NCBI GenBank assembly: GCA_024682255.1
Contig: GCA_024682255.1_4716.1
Source of the DNA: a phage
Reading direction: 5' to 3' (one strand)
DNA length: 64,000 nucleotides
This document shows, piece after piece, positions 9,734-20,263 of the stretch; position 1 is the stretch's first letter; each line of letters begins with the position of its first letter. The notes under the pieces are model-generated. The model ran no database searches, was not told where the DNA came from, and saw only the letters and a program-made list of their open reading frames with translations. The translations under genes and the position numbers were made by a program.

Positions 9734-11344
9734 ATGGACCCAAAACAGATAGCCATTAAGATTATTACGTTACTGTTTCGTAATGCACAATTGAACCATC
9801 CCGATCCCAGTACGATCGAACATGTTAAATCCGTCTTAGATAAAGTCGAACCCCCGAAAAACCATCTCGCTACAGACGTAGATAGAGAGGTTTTCAACAA
9901 CCTGATGAATACCATTCATTGGATGTTGGAACAACCATTATCGGAACCTTTCGATAAACAACAGTTGTTACAAAGGATACGTTTAGATTGCCTTGAACAA
10001 AGCAACCTTTACGAGATTCTTGCCGACGGACTGTACGATATCGAAGACGACGCTCATATCAGTAAGGTCTGTTCACTCTATTACAACGAATTACGTAATC
10101 TGATTACCCGTCGTCGTGTTTTCGAAACCTTTAGAAACACGTACATGGATATCAGTAACGGGCGACTTGGGGATAAAGAATTTTTCGATGCGATGGCGAA
10201 TTTGAAATTATCGCTAGACAGTATCGAAATGGATACCGAAAATCCCGAAGAGATGTCGTGTATGATTGACGGCTTTATCGCTGACAGTGAAGACGATATC
10301 GAGAAAGTTGAACGTATGTTCGTCAAAGCGATGGAACGTAACAGTCCTGAAGGTGGGTTTGTAACCGGCTGGCAAGGTTTTAATAAAATGTTGGGGTCGG
10401 TCGGCGTTTTACGTCGCGGTACCTTAGGACTGATTGGTGCAATGCAGCACCGGAACAAGTCAGGCGTGTTGTTAAAACTGTTCACACATCTGGCATTGTA
10501 CAATAAACCCCATTTCTTTTTTCCGGAGCGAGCAAAGAAAGCATTACTGATTCATTTGTCGACAGAAAACGAAGTGGAAGAAAACACGCTTCAGATATAC
10601 AAGAACATGCGAGAACAGGAAACGGGCGAATATGTCGATATTCGTAAGATTGACCCTCGCGAGGCATCACGTTATGTGTTGAAGGTGTTCAACGATGCGG
10701 GTTTCTCTGTTTGTATGCGTCGTGTTGATGGGATGAGTTATAAACAACTCGCTAATCTCATCGACCATTTCGAACGCATGGGTTATGAAGTCATGGCGTT
10801 GTTCATTGACTATCTGAAAATGTTCTCATCGGAAGGGTTGGATAGAAATGGGCCGACCGGCGCATGGCTCCAAGAACTCTTCAACAAAGTCCGTAACCTC
10901 TGCAGCGTTAAACGTATTTTAGGTATGACCGTACACCAGCTGTCATCCGATGCGAAGATGCGTGCACGTGATGGTAACGATGAAGAGTTCGTTGACCAGG
11001 TCGCAGGCTTAAGTTACTGGGATGGCTGTAAAGGGATTGACCGTGAGATTGACCTTGAAGTGATTGTTGATATCGTTAAGGAACCCGGCAAACGTCAAAG
11101 CTGGCAGGTCTTTGCATTAGGGAAAGACCGTCAACCGGATAACGGTTCAACGAAACCTGAAGACAAACATTTCGCGATGCCATTCCAAACCATCGGGATG
11201 CTTCCTGATGATTACGGTAAGAAAGCGGTATATTGCCGCAAGGTTGGCGGACAACCTGTCTCCGAGGGAGGTAAAGGTCCGTGGAACAAGTTCGATGAAA
11301 ACGCAGCACCGAGTAATGAATTACAATTTGATTTAGAATTTTAA
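9734..11344 (+). CDS. DnaB-family (RecA-fold) helicase-like protein with non-canonical Walker A
   Basis: The track's start at 9650 is GTG and overlaps the divergent gene; the first in-frame ATG at 9734 has AAGGA upstream. The translation has VMALFIDYLKMF (compare DnaB LIMIDYLQLM), then VHQLSSDAKMRARDG and a segment resembling the DnaB H3/H4 region. The P-loop reads GAMQHRNKSG rather than GxxxxGK[ST]. Confidence 0.6.
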   Translation: MDPKQIAIKIITLLFRNAQLNHPDPSTIEHVKSVLDKVEPPKNHLATDVDREVFNNLMNTIHWMLEQPLSEPFDKQQLLQRIRLDCLEQSNLYEILADGLYDIEDDAHISKVCSLYYNELRNLITRRRVFETFRNTYMDISNGRLGDKEFFDAMANLKLSLDSIEMDTENPEEMSCMIDGFIADSEDDIEKVERMFVKAMERNSPEGGFVTGWQGFNKMLGSVGVLRRGTLGLIGAMQHRNKSGVLLKLFTHLALYNKPHFFFPERAKKALLIHLSTENEVEENTLQIYKNMREQETGEYVDIRKIDPREASRYVLKVFNDAGFSVCMRRVDGMSYKQLANLIDHFERMGYEVMALFIDYLKMFSSEGLDRNGPTGAWLQELFNKVRNLCSVKRILGMTVHQLSSDAKMRARDGNDEEFVDQVAGLSYWDGCKGIDREIDLEVIVDIVKEPGKRQSWQVFALGKDRQPDNGSTKPEDKHFAMPFQTIGMLPDDYGKKAVYCRKVGGQPVSEGGKGPWNKFDENAAPSNELQFDLEF

Positions 11345-11371
11345 ACGCAAAAAAAAAAAGATTGTACGGTT

Positions 11372-11403
11372 CCCTCCTCCAACCCGTAAGGGAAGGAGGA
11401 GGG
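11372..11403 (-). terminator. Hairpin of the dispersed family between convergent genes
   Basis: ccctcctcc aacccgtaa ggaaggagggaggg, with an A11 run at 11348-11358 on the plus strand (U-tract on the minus strand). Confidence 0.6.
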
Positions 11404-11419
11404 GTTATGACCGCTTTGA

Positions 11420-11746
11420 TTAACTTATTGTCATGAATTCATTAGGTGAAAATTTCCAGCCGTTCTCAGTGAGAAGCGTGTTGAGTTTCGCTGCAACGAT
11501 AAGCCATGCGTGCATGGCTGTTACATCGTATTGGCGGTTCACTCGACGTTGGTTTTCGATATTGATTTGCTCCTGTTCAGTGATGTTTGGATAAAGTGCG
11601 ATAGCGCTAGGTTTACCCAGCGCGCTAGTCATCACCGCCGTACATTCACTGATAATGTTGTTTAAGTGGTAGTTATACACCGTTCCACGCATGACGCGAT
11701 GACGGCATTCGATAATAGCGTCGTAAATGATTTCTCGAGTAATCAT
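11420..11746 (-). CDS. hypothetical protein (108 aa)
   Basis: ATG at 11746; compact spacing with the next gene. Confidence 0.7.
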   Translation of the reverse strand: MITREIIYDAIIECRHRVMRGTVYNYHLNNIISECTAVMTSALGKPSAIALYPNITEQEQINIENQRRVNRQYDVTAMHAWLIVAAKLNTLLTENGWKFSPNEFMTIS

Positions 11747-11752
11747 GATAAT

Positions 11753-12154
11753 TTAAAACATACGGTCGTTTTTAGCACGGGCGTTCATTACCAGATCGTA
11801 GATGCCTGCGGTTCGTAAGCACTCTTCGTAGTAACGATGTGCGCCTTCATCAGCCATCCATGATAACCCTCGGCTATCCGCAACAATAACCAGTTTATTA
11901 TTGTTGAACGCACACACCACACGGTAGGTCGCGTTGTTATTCGGATCGCGAGTGATAAGTTCGTAGACGCCGTTAACAGGTTTACTGAATTCACCGTTTA
12001 ACGGGATGAGTTCTGTAGTACCTTCAGCAAACGTTACGTTGATCGGTGATGGATCTTTGGCGATAACAGTATATTCCACATTGTGTTCTTCACTGGTCAT
12101 GATACCGAAGTAAGAACTCACAGGGGAACGTGGTACACTAAGAATATTAAACAT
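11753..12154 (-). CDS. hypothetical protein (133 aa)
   Basis: ATG at 12154 with AAGAGGA upstream. Confidence 0.75.
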   Translation of the reverse strand: MFNILSVPRSPVSSYFGIMTSEEHNVEYTVIAKDPSPINVTFAEGTTELIPLNGEFSKPVNGVYELITRDPNNNATYRVVCAFNNNKLVIVADSRGLSWMADEGAHRYYEECLRTAGIYDLVMNARAKNDRMF

Positions 12155-12223
12155 AGATGTTGTCCTCTTAATTGGATTTAGATTGTTGAGTATGTGATTG
12201 GAAATGAAAACGTTGTTTCGGTT

Positions 12224-12793
12224 TTAGACGATGAGTGACCAGGTGGTAAGCACCCCGCTTGCGAATTCGAGCTTAAGACGTTTACCGATAAGTTGTTGTT
12301 GGATCATCTTCTCGGTGATACGTCGATCATGCTGAACCGCTTTATCAAACGCTTCTTTCGCTTCAGCTTGGTAGAAGTTCGTTTCTTCGTTTTCGTCGAT
12401 CTCTTCGAGAGCATCATCGTCGATGTCAGCAAGTTTCACTCGACCGTTTTCATCAGGTTGTTCTGCAGGTTCATTGTCATACGGCGTGTCTTTTGTTGGT
12501 GCGACACGATGTTGCAACTCGACCTGTGTTAACATGATCTCCATCTCACCATCGATAGGAATGATTTCATCGGCGCTGCCGTTTTCGGTCAGCTCTCGAC
12601 TTTCCAGTAATGTCGTCGTAACAGAGAACACCTCTTCAACAGGAACCTCATCATCGTCGATGGTGTTAACCGTGTTGCTGGTAACTTCGGCAACGACCAT
12701 CAAATCAAATGCGTGAGGATCGCCTGGCATTTTGATTCCTGGAAGTTTGTTGAGGTACCAAGGATCAAGAATCATGATTTCTGGATTAAACAT
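12224..12793 (-). CDS. hypothetical acidic protein (189 aa)
   Basis: ATG at 12793 with AAAGGTAA upstream; Asp/Glu-rich (DDDALEEIDENEE). Confidence 0.75.
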   Translation of the reverse strand: MFNPEIMILDPWYLNKLPGIKMPGDPHAFDLMVVAEVTSNTVNTIDDDEVPVEEVFSVTTTLLESRELTENGSADEIIPIDGEMEIMLTQVELQHRVAPTKDTPYDNEPAEQPDENGRVKLADIDDDALEEIDENEETNFYQAEAKEAFDKAVQHDRRITEKMIQQQLIGKRLKLEFASGVLTTWSLIV

Positions 12794-12869
12794 CGTATTT
12801 TACCTTTCTATGTTAGGTGGATTGCGGATAGAAGAATCAATGCATAAACTAATTTAAGTTTGTTAAGGT

Positions 12870-13772
12870 TTACTTAGTCTTCGAGTTACAAGGACTGACA
12901 TGTTGTTGTACTCGTTGAATTGTATCGTAGTACGGGTTAGATTGGTTGAACATGTTGTTGTGTGGATGATAGCCGTATGGTGCATTTTGCCTTGTTGATG
13001 AGAAACCTTGTTGAGAAGGACGATTTGAATTAACCGCGAGTACGTAGTAAACCAAATTTTGACGGTCGAACGTTCCTTCGTTTTTGAAGGTGTCGGCGTA
13101 GGCTTTTACCGCTGGAGCGAGCCTATCACCATCAGCGGTAATAATTGTACCGTCTGGGTAAACTTCACGAACGACGCACCATGTTCCGATAAGAACGTCT
13201 TTGGGTGGCGTATTGCCGTATCCGGTTGTAACGGTAAGGTAAGTATCGAACCCTTCAGAACAACAAGGATGACGATAGATAGGTCCTGTCATTTCCGTTC
13301 TATCGGTATCATCGCATTTCTCTATTGAGAACGATGATGTGTCGGTTTTGAAATTGTCAAATTCTTTCTTTAAGTCGATTACAGGTTCTTTCGTATAGTA
13401 CTTCTTGATTGCTTTGACGTAAAGATCAGGAACGGTTGTCAGCATTCCGTTATACCTGATTCTCAGGTTTTCGAGTAATCCAAAGATGCTCGCGCATGCC
13501 TGTTCGCGAGGTTTTGTAAGATAAGAGATCCCCCCAGGAACGCTGGGATCTTTGAGAAAGAAGATTGCGTTATTGTCGTTGTGTGACACATTAAAGAAAA
13601 CGATTGATTCGATATATACGGAGCATAGGCTATCGTTGGCGTCGTCAGATAACACCCAGATGCACTCATCGGTCGTCTTGTTTAAAAGTTCTGTTTTGTC
13701 CACCAAACGTTGTTTCATTGCGAGGAAATGTGCCTGTTGTTCAGCGGATAATTCACGATAAATAGTGGTCAT
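12870..13772 (-). CDS. hypothetical protein (300 aa), paralog of the gene at 13858-14632
   Basis: ATG at 13772 with AAGGAG upstream. Shares PIYRHPCCSEGFDTYLTVTTGYG...REVYPDGTIIT with PIYIHPECHTTYDRYLTITGGVA...REIYPDGRIVT in the neighbour. Confidence 0.8.
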   Translation of the reverse strand: MTTIYRELSAEQQAHFLAMKQRLVDKTELLNKTTDECIWVLSDDANDSLCSVYIESIVFFNVSHNDNNAIFFLKDPSVPGGISYLTKPREQACASIFGLLENLRIRYNGMLTTVPDLYVKAIKKYYTKEPVIDLKKEFDNFKTDTSSFSIEKCDDTDRTEMTGPIYRHPCCSEGFDTYLTVTTGYGNTPPKDVLIGTWCVVREVYPDGTIITADGDRLAPAVKAYADTFKNEGTFDRQNLVYYVLAVNSNRPSQQGFSSTRQNAPYGYHPHNNMFNQSNPYYDTIQRVQQHVSPCNSKTK

Positions 13773-13857
13773 GCTCGGCTCCTTGATTACGATAAGGATG
13801 ATTGTGGTTTTGTGATGCTGGTAGGGCTCCTTTGTTTAGGGCCCTACCAATATTGGG

Positions 13858-14632
13858 TTACTCAGGATCGGCGTAGAAATGATGGGGATAGCCGGAGTAC
13901 GATCCTGCGTTACCAGTTATGAATTCTTTCTGGGAATCGACGACGAGTGCGTAGAACTGTCGGGAATTTGTTAGCGTTGAGAAATAAGCGGAAAGGACTT
14001 TTTCATTCAACGCATCGCAAGGTAGACAGGTGCGCCCGCAAAACGTAACGATACGGCCGTCAGGATAGATCTCACGAATCATTCTCCACTCACCGATATC
14101 CACTGGTGATGGCGCTGCTACACCACCTGTTATCGTTAAGTAACGATCGTACGTGGTATGGCATTCAGGATGAATATAGATCGGCTTGTTCGTTTCGACA
14201 GGTTCCGAAGTATCTCGACGACTAAGGAGTTCAACAACTTCAAGATAAATCGTTGGTAGATCGCGGAGAATACCGGTGTTACGACGTTTCTTTGTGATTC
14301 GCGGACGAATCTCGTTAAGAGCGTATTCGAGCTTACGTTCAGCTTCGTACGCATCGAGTTTTATTAGGTGGCCCGGTTCATCGGAATGATCCTGAGTTAT
14401 GTAAACGAAATACGTGTTGTCTTTTGCAGCGCGAAAGATTCGAGCGACCTTAAATGTTTCTACAGTGCGATAACCAAGGCGCGATTGATTTTCCACAGGA
14501 GAAAATATCCAATGTCGTCCTTCGTCCGCCCCAACAATTTCGTTGAAACTATCCGTTTGTTCTGGGACCTGGTAGTCAGCCATTAATGTATCAAGAGCGT
14601 CGTCAGCCAGTTTGGTGTAAATATCTGTCATG
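13858..14632 (-). CDS. hypothetical protein (258 aa), paralog of the gene at 12870-13772
   Basis: The track's ORF runs to 14817 across the intergenic hairpin; the ATG at 14632 (MTDIYTKLADD) has GAGGAT upstream and is the more plausible start. Confidence 0.75.
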
Positions 14633-14687
14633 TTTGTATCCTCGGTTGTTAAGAGAAATTTACAATGATAACAGTAACCGTTGTTAT

Positions 14688-14717
14688 CACCTAGGTAATG
14701 TAGTCGCGAAATAAACT
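14688..14717 (-). promoter_or_regulatory. Conserved leader motif CCTAGGTAATGTAGTCG[C/T]GAAATAAACTG, copy 2 of 3
   Basis: Near-identical to 53449-53473 and partly to 6515-6529; in each case it lies between an upstream hairpin and the next minus-strand start codon. Confidence 0.45.
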
Positions 14718-14735
14718 GGATTAGACAGCATAGAA

Positions 14736-14767
14736 CCCTCTCCCAACCCGTAAGGGAAGGGAGAGGG
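14736..14767 (-). terminator. Hairpin of the dispersed family (core type ccctctccc aacccgtaa gggaagggagaggg)
   Basis: A 12-bp stem with a symmetric AA/AA internal loop and a four-nucleotide loop, sitting between the stop at 14774 and the next gene; catag precedes it on the plus strand. Confidence 0.6.
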
Positions 14768-14773
14768 AATATA

Positions 14774-15407
14774 TCACCAATGATCGAAGGAACCAGGAGT
14801 GTTACGAACGATCTCAACTTGGAAGGTTATTGGTGTTGATGGCAATGAAACATATTCGCGTTGCGATAGCGGGACGTTGTCTTCTCGCTCATCGATGCGA
14901 GCGGAACCTGTCAGAAATTGGAACATAGCGACTTGAAGCTCATCGGTGAAACGGAGGTACTCACCGATGTGTGGTGTTGCATCATATCGAATAAGTACGT
15001 TGCCAAACCGTCGTGCGATATTTGGAGTATCTGTGAACGAAACAGGGAAATCCAAAGTCATTCCCATCGTTTCACCCGGCTTCATTTTCCGAATCGACGC
15101 AATTGGCACGTCGAAGATATTCCATTCTTCTTTCATCGTGTCTGGAAACACACCGCGATACAAGATGGTCTTTTGATGACGATGAACGGGTTGTAAACGG
15201 TCAACCAATATTTTCAAAGGTTTAAGTTCTTCAGCCAACTCATAATCTGCTTGGATGTTCCACTTTGCCGCAAGTTCCATTAGGTTGGGATACGCGCTAT
15301 ATTTATTGACGATAGTCCAGTTAACATTACGCAAATCAATAGGAAGGAATTTGATAATTTCCTTGTTGAATATCCATTGGTTTAATTTCTTAATCTCCGA
15401 AAGCATG
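14774..15407 (-). CDS. hypothetical protein (about 211 aa)
   Basis: Start taken at the ATG at 15405-15407 (MLSEIKK), just after the stop of the upstream gene at 15423; the track's longer ORF would overlap that gene. Confidence 0.6.
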
Positions 15408-15422
15408 ACGTACTCACTACAG

Positions 15423-16790
15423 CTAAACGGTTGGACGAACGGTGTTGTCTTTTTCTGGTGCAAGCCATAACGTGACCGTACCATGGCATGTCCACTGTGG
15501 TTCACGTACAGAAGAACCTGCCATCGTAACAGCACAATCGGTACGCATGATAACCCCGTATGCTTCGCAGAGATTGTTATCCTGCATCCACACAACTTTA
15601 GCAGGCATGCCGGGATACAACAAATCCATGTTTGCGTATTCCCACACCAACTGCATTGTTCTACCGCGTAATCCAGCAGTATTACTTAATTCACGCCATC
15701 GGTTATCGGTTACGCGTCCCATCCCTTTCGCCACCTTCACGTTATCGCTACGTTCTTCAGTTACGTACTCGCTAACGTTTACGGTACGACTGATTATCGT
15801 ATCACCCCCTTTTGATAATGTCATTCCCTGACTCATCTGACTTGCCGAAACAAAACGCCCGCCCGCATTACCTAACAACGAAGCCGCGTTATTGATGTCG
15901 CTTACCGACGCCCCTCTCGTACAGGCAATTTCCACGTATTTGTCACGATTGATCCAGGTCTTGTCCATGCCCGGAAACATATCGGCAGGATAGTTGTAAA
16001 AGATAGCCGTGCGCCGACCGTCAGAGAAACGGGTTTCGTCATAGAGAGGATAAATATACAGATACGGAGATTGGTAATAACAACCGACGTCCGCTGAATA
16101 AATACCGACCTGGTTCTGGATTTTATCTACGAGATCCATTGCGTTGGTACCATGCGGAAGAATAAGCAACTTGAACAGGTTGTCGTTATTCGGTGCAACA
16201 ATATCCACACCCTGCATTTTGAATCCGGTGTCGGCTTCAACCGCAGAAAGTATCTTGCTGAATTCGAGTCGTAACACATCCAGAACTTTCGACCCAGTAT
16301 AGTTTTCACCGGTTTCTGATTGCATGAAGCTTTCAAGAACAGGATCGAACAGTTGAAATTGAAGATCGACCATTTGTTCGTAGTCTTTCTTCGAAGAATC
16401 GGTTGCGGTACGTTCGTCGTTAGCAGACATACGACTGTCTACGGTTGTTAAACAAACCGCTCGGTAGACGTAAGCTTGCGCAGCATCGTCTACGGTTTGG
16501 CGTTGTCCACGCATCAGACTGTACGCCTGCACGATGATGCGCATTTTAAGTTGTTGTTGGTACGGTAGAATGTATTTTCCGTAACTGCCTGGCGGGAACT
16601 TTACAGAGATATAAAGTTCATCTCCTGCGTTACGTTCATAGTCTCGATACGTGTGGACTTGAGTCACTAAAGGAACAGACACCGTCATTGACGGCGTGAT
16701 TAATTCCGCGGTGACTTTATACGCAACAGCAACTGCTTCCTGCGCAAATGTACCGATATACCGTCCTAACGGCGTCTGTTTGTAATCCAT
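15423..16790 (-). CDS. hypothetical protein (455 aa)
   Basis: ATG at 16790; tightly packed with its neighbours as in an operon. Confidence 0.8.
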   Translation of the reverse strand: MDYKQTPLGRYIGTFAQEAVAVAYKVTAELITPSMTVSVPLVTQVHTYRDYERNAGDELYISVKFPPGSYGKYILPYQQQLKMRIIVQAYSLMRGQRQTVDDAAQAYVYRAVCLTTVDSRMSANDERTATDSSKKDYEQMVDLQFQLFDPVLESFMQSETGENYTGSKVLDVLRLEFSKILSAVEADTGFKMQGVDIVAPNNDNLFKLLILPHGTNAMDLVDKIQNQVGIYSADVGCYYQSPYLYIYPLYDETRFSDGRRTAIFYNYPADMFPGMDKTWINRDKYVEIACTRGASVSDINNAASLLGNAGGRFVSASQMSQGMTLSKGGDTIISRTVNVSEYVTEERSDNVKVAKGMGRVTDNRWRELSNTAGLRGRTMQLVWEYANMDLLYPGMPAKVVWMQDNNLCEAYGVIMRTDCAVTMAGSSVREPQWTCHGTVTLWLAPEKDNTVRPTV

Positions 16791-16792
16791 GT

Positions 16793-17398
16793 TTAACGAC
16801 CCCGTTGCTGTTGTTGAATGATGAATTCTTCGATCTTCGTACCACGGAATTCACTGTGACGAACCGCCTGCAGTTGCTCTTCAACGGTTGGGCCTGCATT
16901 GAGACCACCACGACGTGCGCGGTTGATGCCGATTTTACGACGCTGACCGATTTCACGTAAACGTGAAGATAATCCGCTCATTTCGGTTGGGTCTTTAATG
17001 CGACCGCGTGCAACGTTCCACAGACCACCCATGAACTCTTCGAGGATACGGCTGGCTTCGAGAGACGGTACGCGTGCGTTAGGATCGTTTTCGAGATTGT
17101 ATTTAACGTATTCCGTGTGTTCCAGAAGAAGCATGAACATCTTCATGGCGTTCACGTCAGGATTTGCAATACGCATAGGGACACCGCGAGAATGTTTTTC
17201 AGCAGCCTGCGGTACAGTGAGCTGTGCGGGCACCTCTTCGTTCATGGCCATATCGTCGATTTCTGCGACCCCTGAAGAGTAGACACCGCTGACTTCGTTG
17301 GTGTAGTTATCCACCATGAATTTACGGGGAATCCAGAATTCGAATTTACGTTCAAATAGACGTTTGGTTGGGGTATCTTTAACGTGTTGTAGACTCAT
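16793..17398 (-). CDS. hypothetical protein (201 aa)
   Basis: ATG at 17398 overlapping the stop of the upstream gene. Confidence 0.75.
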   Translation of the reverse strand: MSLQHVKDTPTKRLFERKFEFWIPRKFMVDNYTNEVSGVYSSGVAEIDDMAMNEEVPAQLTVPQAAEKHSRGVPMRIANPDVNAMKMFMLLLEHTEYVKYNLENDPNARVPSLEASRILEEFMGGLWNVARGRIKDPTEMSGLSSRLREIGQRRKIGINRARRGGLNAGPTVEEQLQAVRHSEFRGTKIEEFIIQQQQRGR

Positions 17399-18711
17399 GG
17401 TTCAATAGCTCCTGCTCGTAACAGCATAATAACGAACGGTGTGAAATAATAACGATCTAGCGGAGAAAGCAACGGTATTGCGTCAACCATCTGTTTCAGT
17501 GCTGGATGGCTGATCGCTTTCTCATCGACCATATCACGTACCATACTCTCAATAATCGTCATTGGGGCTTGATTGCGGTAGAAAGCCTCTGTGAAAACAT
17601 AGTACGGATCGTCCGCTACCGATGGAAACAACGGAACGCCATCATACTCCATCGATGTAAGGTTGGTCACCAACGGGTTTGTCGGTGGTGTGTTTTCAGG
17701 TACAGCCAACTCTTTACCGACGTCTTCACCGAGCGACGTGGTCGCAGGCCACATACAGAACCGCGCACCACTAAAACGAATCCCACCTGCAGCTGGGTAT
17801 TGATAGAAACGCTTCGTTGACAACAGTGTGAATTTCACCGTTAGCCGTGCTTCGTCTTCCTGACGTCCGTCCATGACCCATTCAAAGACAGAAATCGCAT
17901 TCGCTTCCTGGCTGTCGTCTACGTTAAGGCGTCCGAAGTTCCATGATGGTTTTCCTTCAAGCGACGACCATAATTTCGTAAACGCGTTAACGCACCAGGG
18001 GTCGTAGGTTGCAGCATCTTGACCAGGAACAAGCAGTGTGTTTAATTCACGGCTGTAGAATTCATGGTAATACGCGTGACAAAGTCCTAGTGCACGACGG
18101 AGATAATCATACTTACGATTGTATTTCTCCGTTGCCATTACGGGATGTTTTCCGTGCTTTAACTGGTCTTGGTCGTACAGCGTATCCTCAACGATTTTCG
18201 CTTCCAGTTCGATAAGCTGTTTTTCGTCAAGAATACGCTGGAAGGAAATATCGCATTCGTAAGCCGGTGCTAAGCTGATGTTCTTCGGCGTGATTCGGGT
18301 GATCGTGTAAACCGCAATACGATGATCGAGACCGGAGATTAACAGCATGTTACCTAAAAGAGGAACCGATACCGCCGGAAGTATACATGTACCCTCTGAT
18401 TGAAAACGTGCGGTACCGTTGTCGTACGACGGCGTCAATGACGACATTAACTTGATAGGGTAATGTCTGATGCGACGGTACTGCTGTTCAGCGATGTCGC
18501 GGTTAGCCTGAAAACTGCTTTGTTCATCGTCGCGACCGAGAATCTGTTCGTAATAATCGCATTCTACGGAATAACCGGATGCGTAATTCACTAACCCGAT
18601 TTGACTATTGTATTGCTCATCCACCACCGCAGAACGATAAACATCGTCGCGAGCCTTCGCGGGTTGTTGGGGGTTGATGATGGGTTTCGCGGGCTTCTTA
18701 GCGAGCGCCAT
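17395..18711 (-). CDS. hypothetical protein (438 aa)
   Basis: ATG at 18711. Confidence 0.8.
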   Translation of the reverse strand: MALAKKPAKPIINPQQPAKARDDVYRSAVVDEQYNSQIGLVNYASGYSVECDYYEQILGRDDEQSSFQANRDIAEQQYRRIRHYPIKLMSSLTPSYDNGTARFQSEGTCILPAVSVPLLGNMLLISGLDHRIAVYTITRITPKNISLAPAYECDISFQRILDEKQLIELEAKIVEDTLYDQDQLKHGKHPVMATEKYNRKYDYLRRALGLCHAYYHEFYSRELNTLLVPGQDAATYDPWCVNAFTKLWSSLEGKPSWNFGRLNVDDSQEANAISVFEWVMDGRQEDEARLTVKFTLLSTKRFYQYPAAGGIRFSGARFCMWPATTSLGEDVGKELAVPENTPPTNPLVTNLTSMEYDGVPLFPSVADDPYYVFTEAFYRNQAPMTIIESMVRDMVDEKAISHPALKQMVDAIPLLSPLDRYYFTPFVIMLLRAGAIEP

Positions 18712-20263
18712 AGCGTTTCACTCCTACGATGGTACCGACAAGAATTCTCGGTACGAATAAACTACGATGTTTGAACCATGAAGCGGTTGTTGGGATACGT
18801 TTGATGGCTTCGATAAGCCCGATTAGCGTATAGCACCCCCGACTGTTCTTCTTAGGCCAGTACTTTTTATCTAAACCTAATACCGCAAACAGTTCATCCA
18901 CCAGATTGGGATAACAACACAACGCTTCAAGTGTTTCAACCTGTAACTGACTTAAATCTAACAGTATTGCTAGACGAACGTGGTAATCACTCCGTAAGTC
19001 TAACGGATCTTTCGCTTCAAGATCACCAACGTCGGTTAATGCCCACGCGTCTCTTGCGTAGCGGTATTTACCCTTCCAAACCTCAAGGAAAAAAGGAGAC
19101 TGGTAGTGGCATTTTGACCATTCAGGGTACTCACGGAACCACCGAACAAGATCGGGATGGAATTCACCTTCTTCAGCTAACGAGTCCAACGTCACCAACA
19201 GGTTAGGTTGTTCAGGATCGATAGCAAGCAGCGCGGTGAAAAGCGTGCTTGATGGAAGTTCGGTTTCCATGCTCGATGGAGGCAACCATTCATCCAAATC
19301 GGGATACCGATACGCTTGAAGCGATGCACCTTGTTCCGGCAAGAACGAATCACGAAGAATGTCCTGATACTGCACCACCATACCACCACGACGTGCACGG
19401 GATTTATCGCGCACCGAGAGGCTTGGTTTGTAAAGGTACTCTTCGGGGAGTATCTGTTGATGTACTTGAACAGGATACCGTGCTACGATGTGTGTTGGTG
19501 TGTCGTACGTGTAACGGTAAGAGAAGGTTGCGTTGTACGAAGAACTGTTCTCATTCTTCTCGGGTTTTGGTGCGTCGGTGAAATCAAATTGACCAGAGAT
19601 CTCTTCTTGCATTTCCCTGATAACCAATTTAACGCTCTTACCGTCACCGGCAACTGTCGTCATGGTGGTTGCACGGTTGTCGAACCCGTCTCTAAGGTAT
19701 TCGCTGAACTTATCCCCGTAACCCGCTAATGCTTCTCGGTGTGTGTGAATAACTTTTAACAGCATGAGAAACTGTGTTGGGATCGCATAGCTGTATTCAG
19801 CGCTAAGAAAGGCAGCGACGTGCTGGCTTGTCAGCAAACGTTTCATGTCGTACCACCAACGTTCGGCAGTGACCTGATCTTCGAACCGTTTGGTGATCTG
19901 CATGGTTGCAACCATCGTACTGTAAACAGGTACCAGCGATACGCCAAGGTTACGGTCTTCGAATACGGGAAGACTGTTTCGTTTGTAAACAGTATCGTAC
20001 ATAGACGCCTGTTCTTCAGGGACAATGTTAAGTTCAATTTGGATAAACCCGTCAGCAGGCCCTTTTACATCCTGATCAACAACTTGCGGCGGTTGCTCGT
20101 TCGCAGCGCTCATTTTAGCGTGAAGCGCTTCCCCTCGAAAAAGAATGTTCTCCCGACTATAATCCCACCCGCAAAGCTCGCTGATCTGCCGTAACACCGC
20201 GATTGCAACCGGACGTGTTACCGTCGCGTATACGTCATTGATTTTTCGATCAAGTTTAGGCAT
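18698..20263 (-). CDS. hypothetical protein (about 521 aa)
   Basis: The track's start at 20290 is GTG; the ATG at 20261-20263 with GAGGA upstream overlaps the stop of the next gene and is the likely start. Confidence 0.75.
   Translation of the reverse strand: MPKLDRKINDVYATVTRPVAIAVLRQISELCGWDYSRENILFRGEALHAKMSAANEQPPQVVDQDVKGPADGFIQIELNIVPEEQASMYDTVYKRNSLPVFEDRNLGVSLVPVYSTMVATMQITKRFEDQVTAERWWYDMKRLLTSQHVAAFLSAEYSYAIPTQFLMLLKVIHTHREALAGYGDKFSEYLRDGFDNRATTMTTVAGDGKSVKLVIREMQEEISGQFDFTDAPKPEKNENSSSYNATFSYRYTYDTPTHIVARYPVQVHQQILPEEYLYKPSLSVRDKSRARRGGMVVQYQDILRDSFLPEQGASLQAYRYPDLDEWLPPSSMETELPSSTLFTALLAIDPEQPNLLVTLDSLAEEGEFHPDLVRWFREYPEWSKCHYQSPFFLEVWKGKYRYARDAWALTDVGDLEAKDPLDLRSDYHVRLAILLDLSQLQVETLEALCCYPNLVDELFAVLGLDKKYWPKKNSRGCYTLIGLIEAIKRIPTTASWFKHRSLFVPRILVGTIVGVKRYGAR

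Noticed and set aside
13858-14817. Longer N-terminal extensions offered by the ORF track (e.g. 13858-14817, 9650-11344, 24130-25287, 50071-50538)
   Set aside because: These extended starts are TTG or GTG, or run through intergenic hairpins, or overlap the neighbouring gene. An internal ATG with a Shine-Dalgarno-like site was chosen instead.
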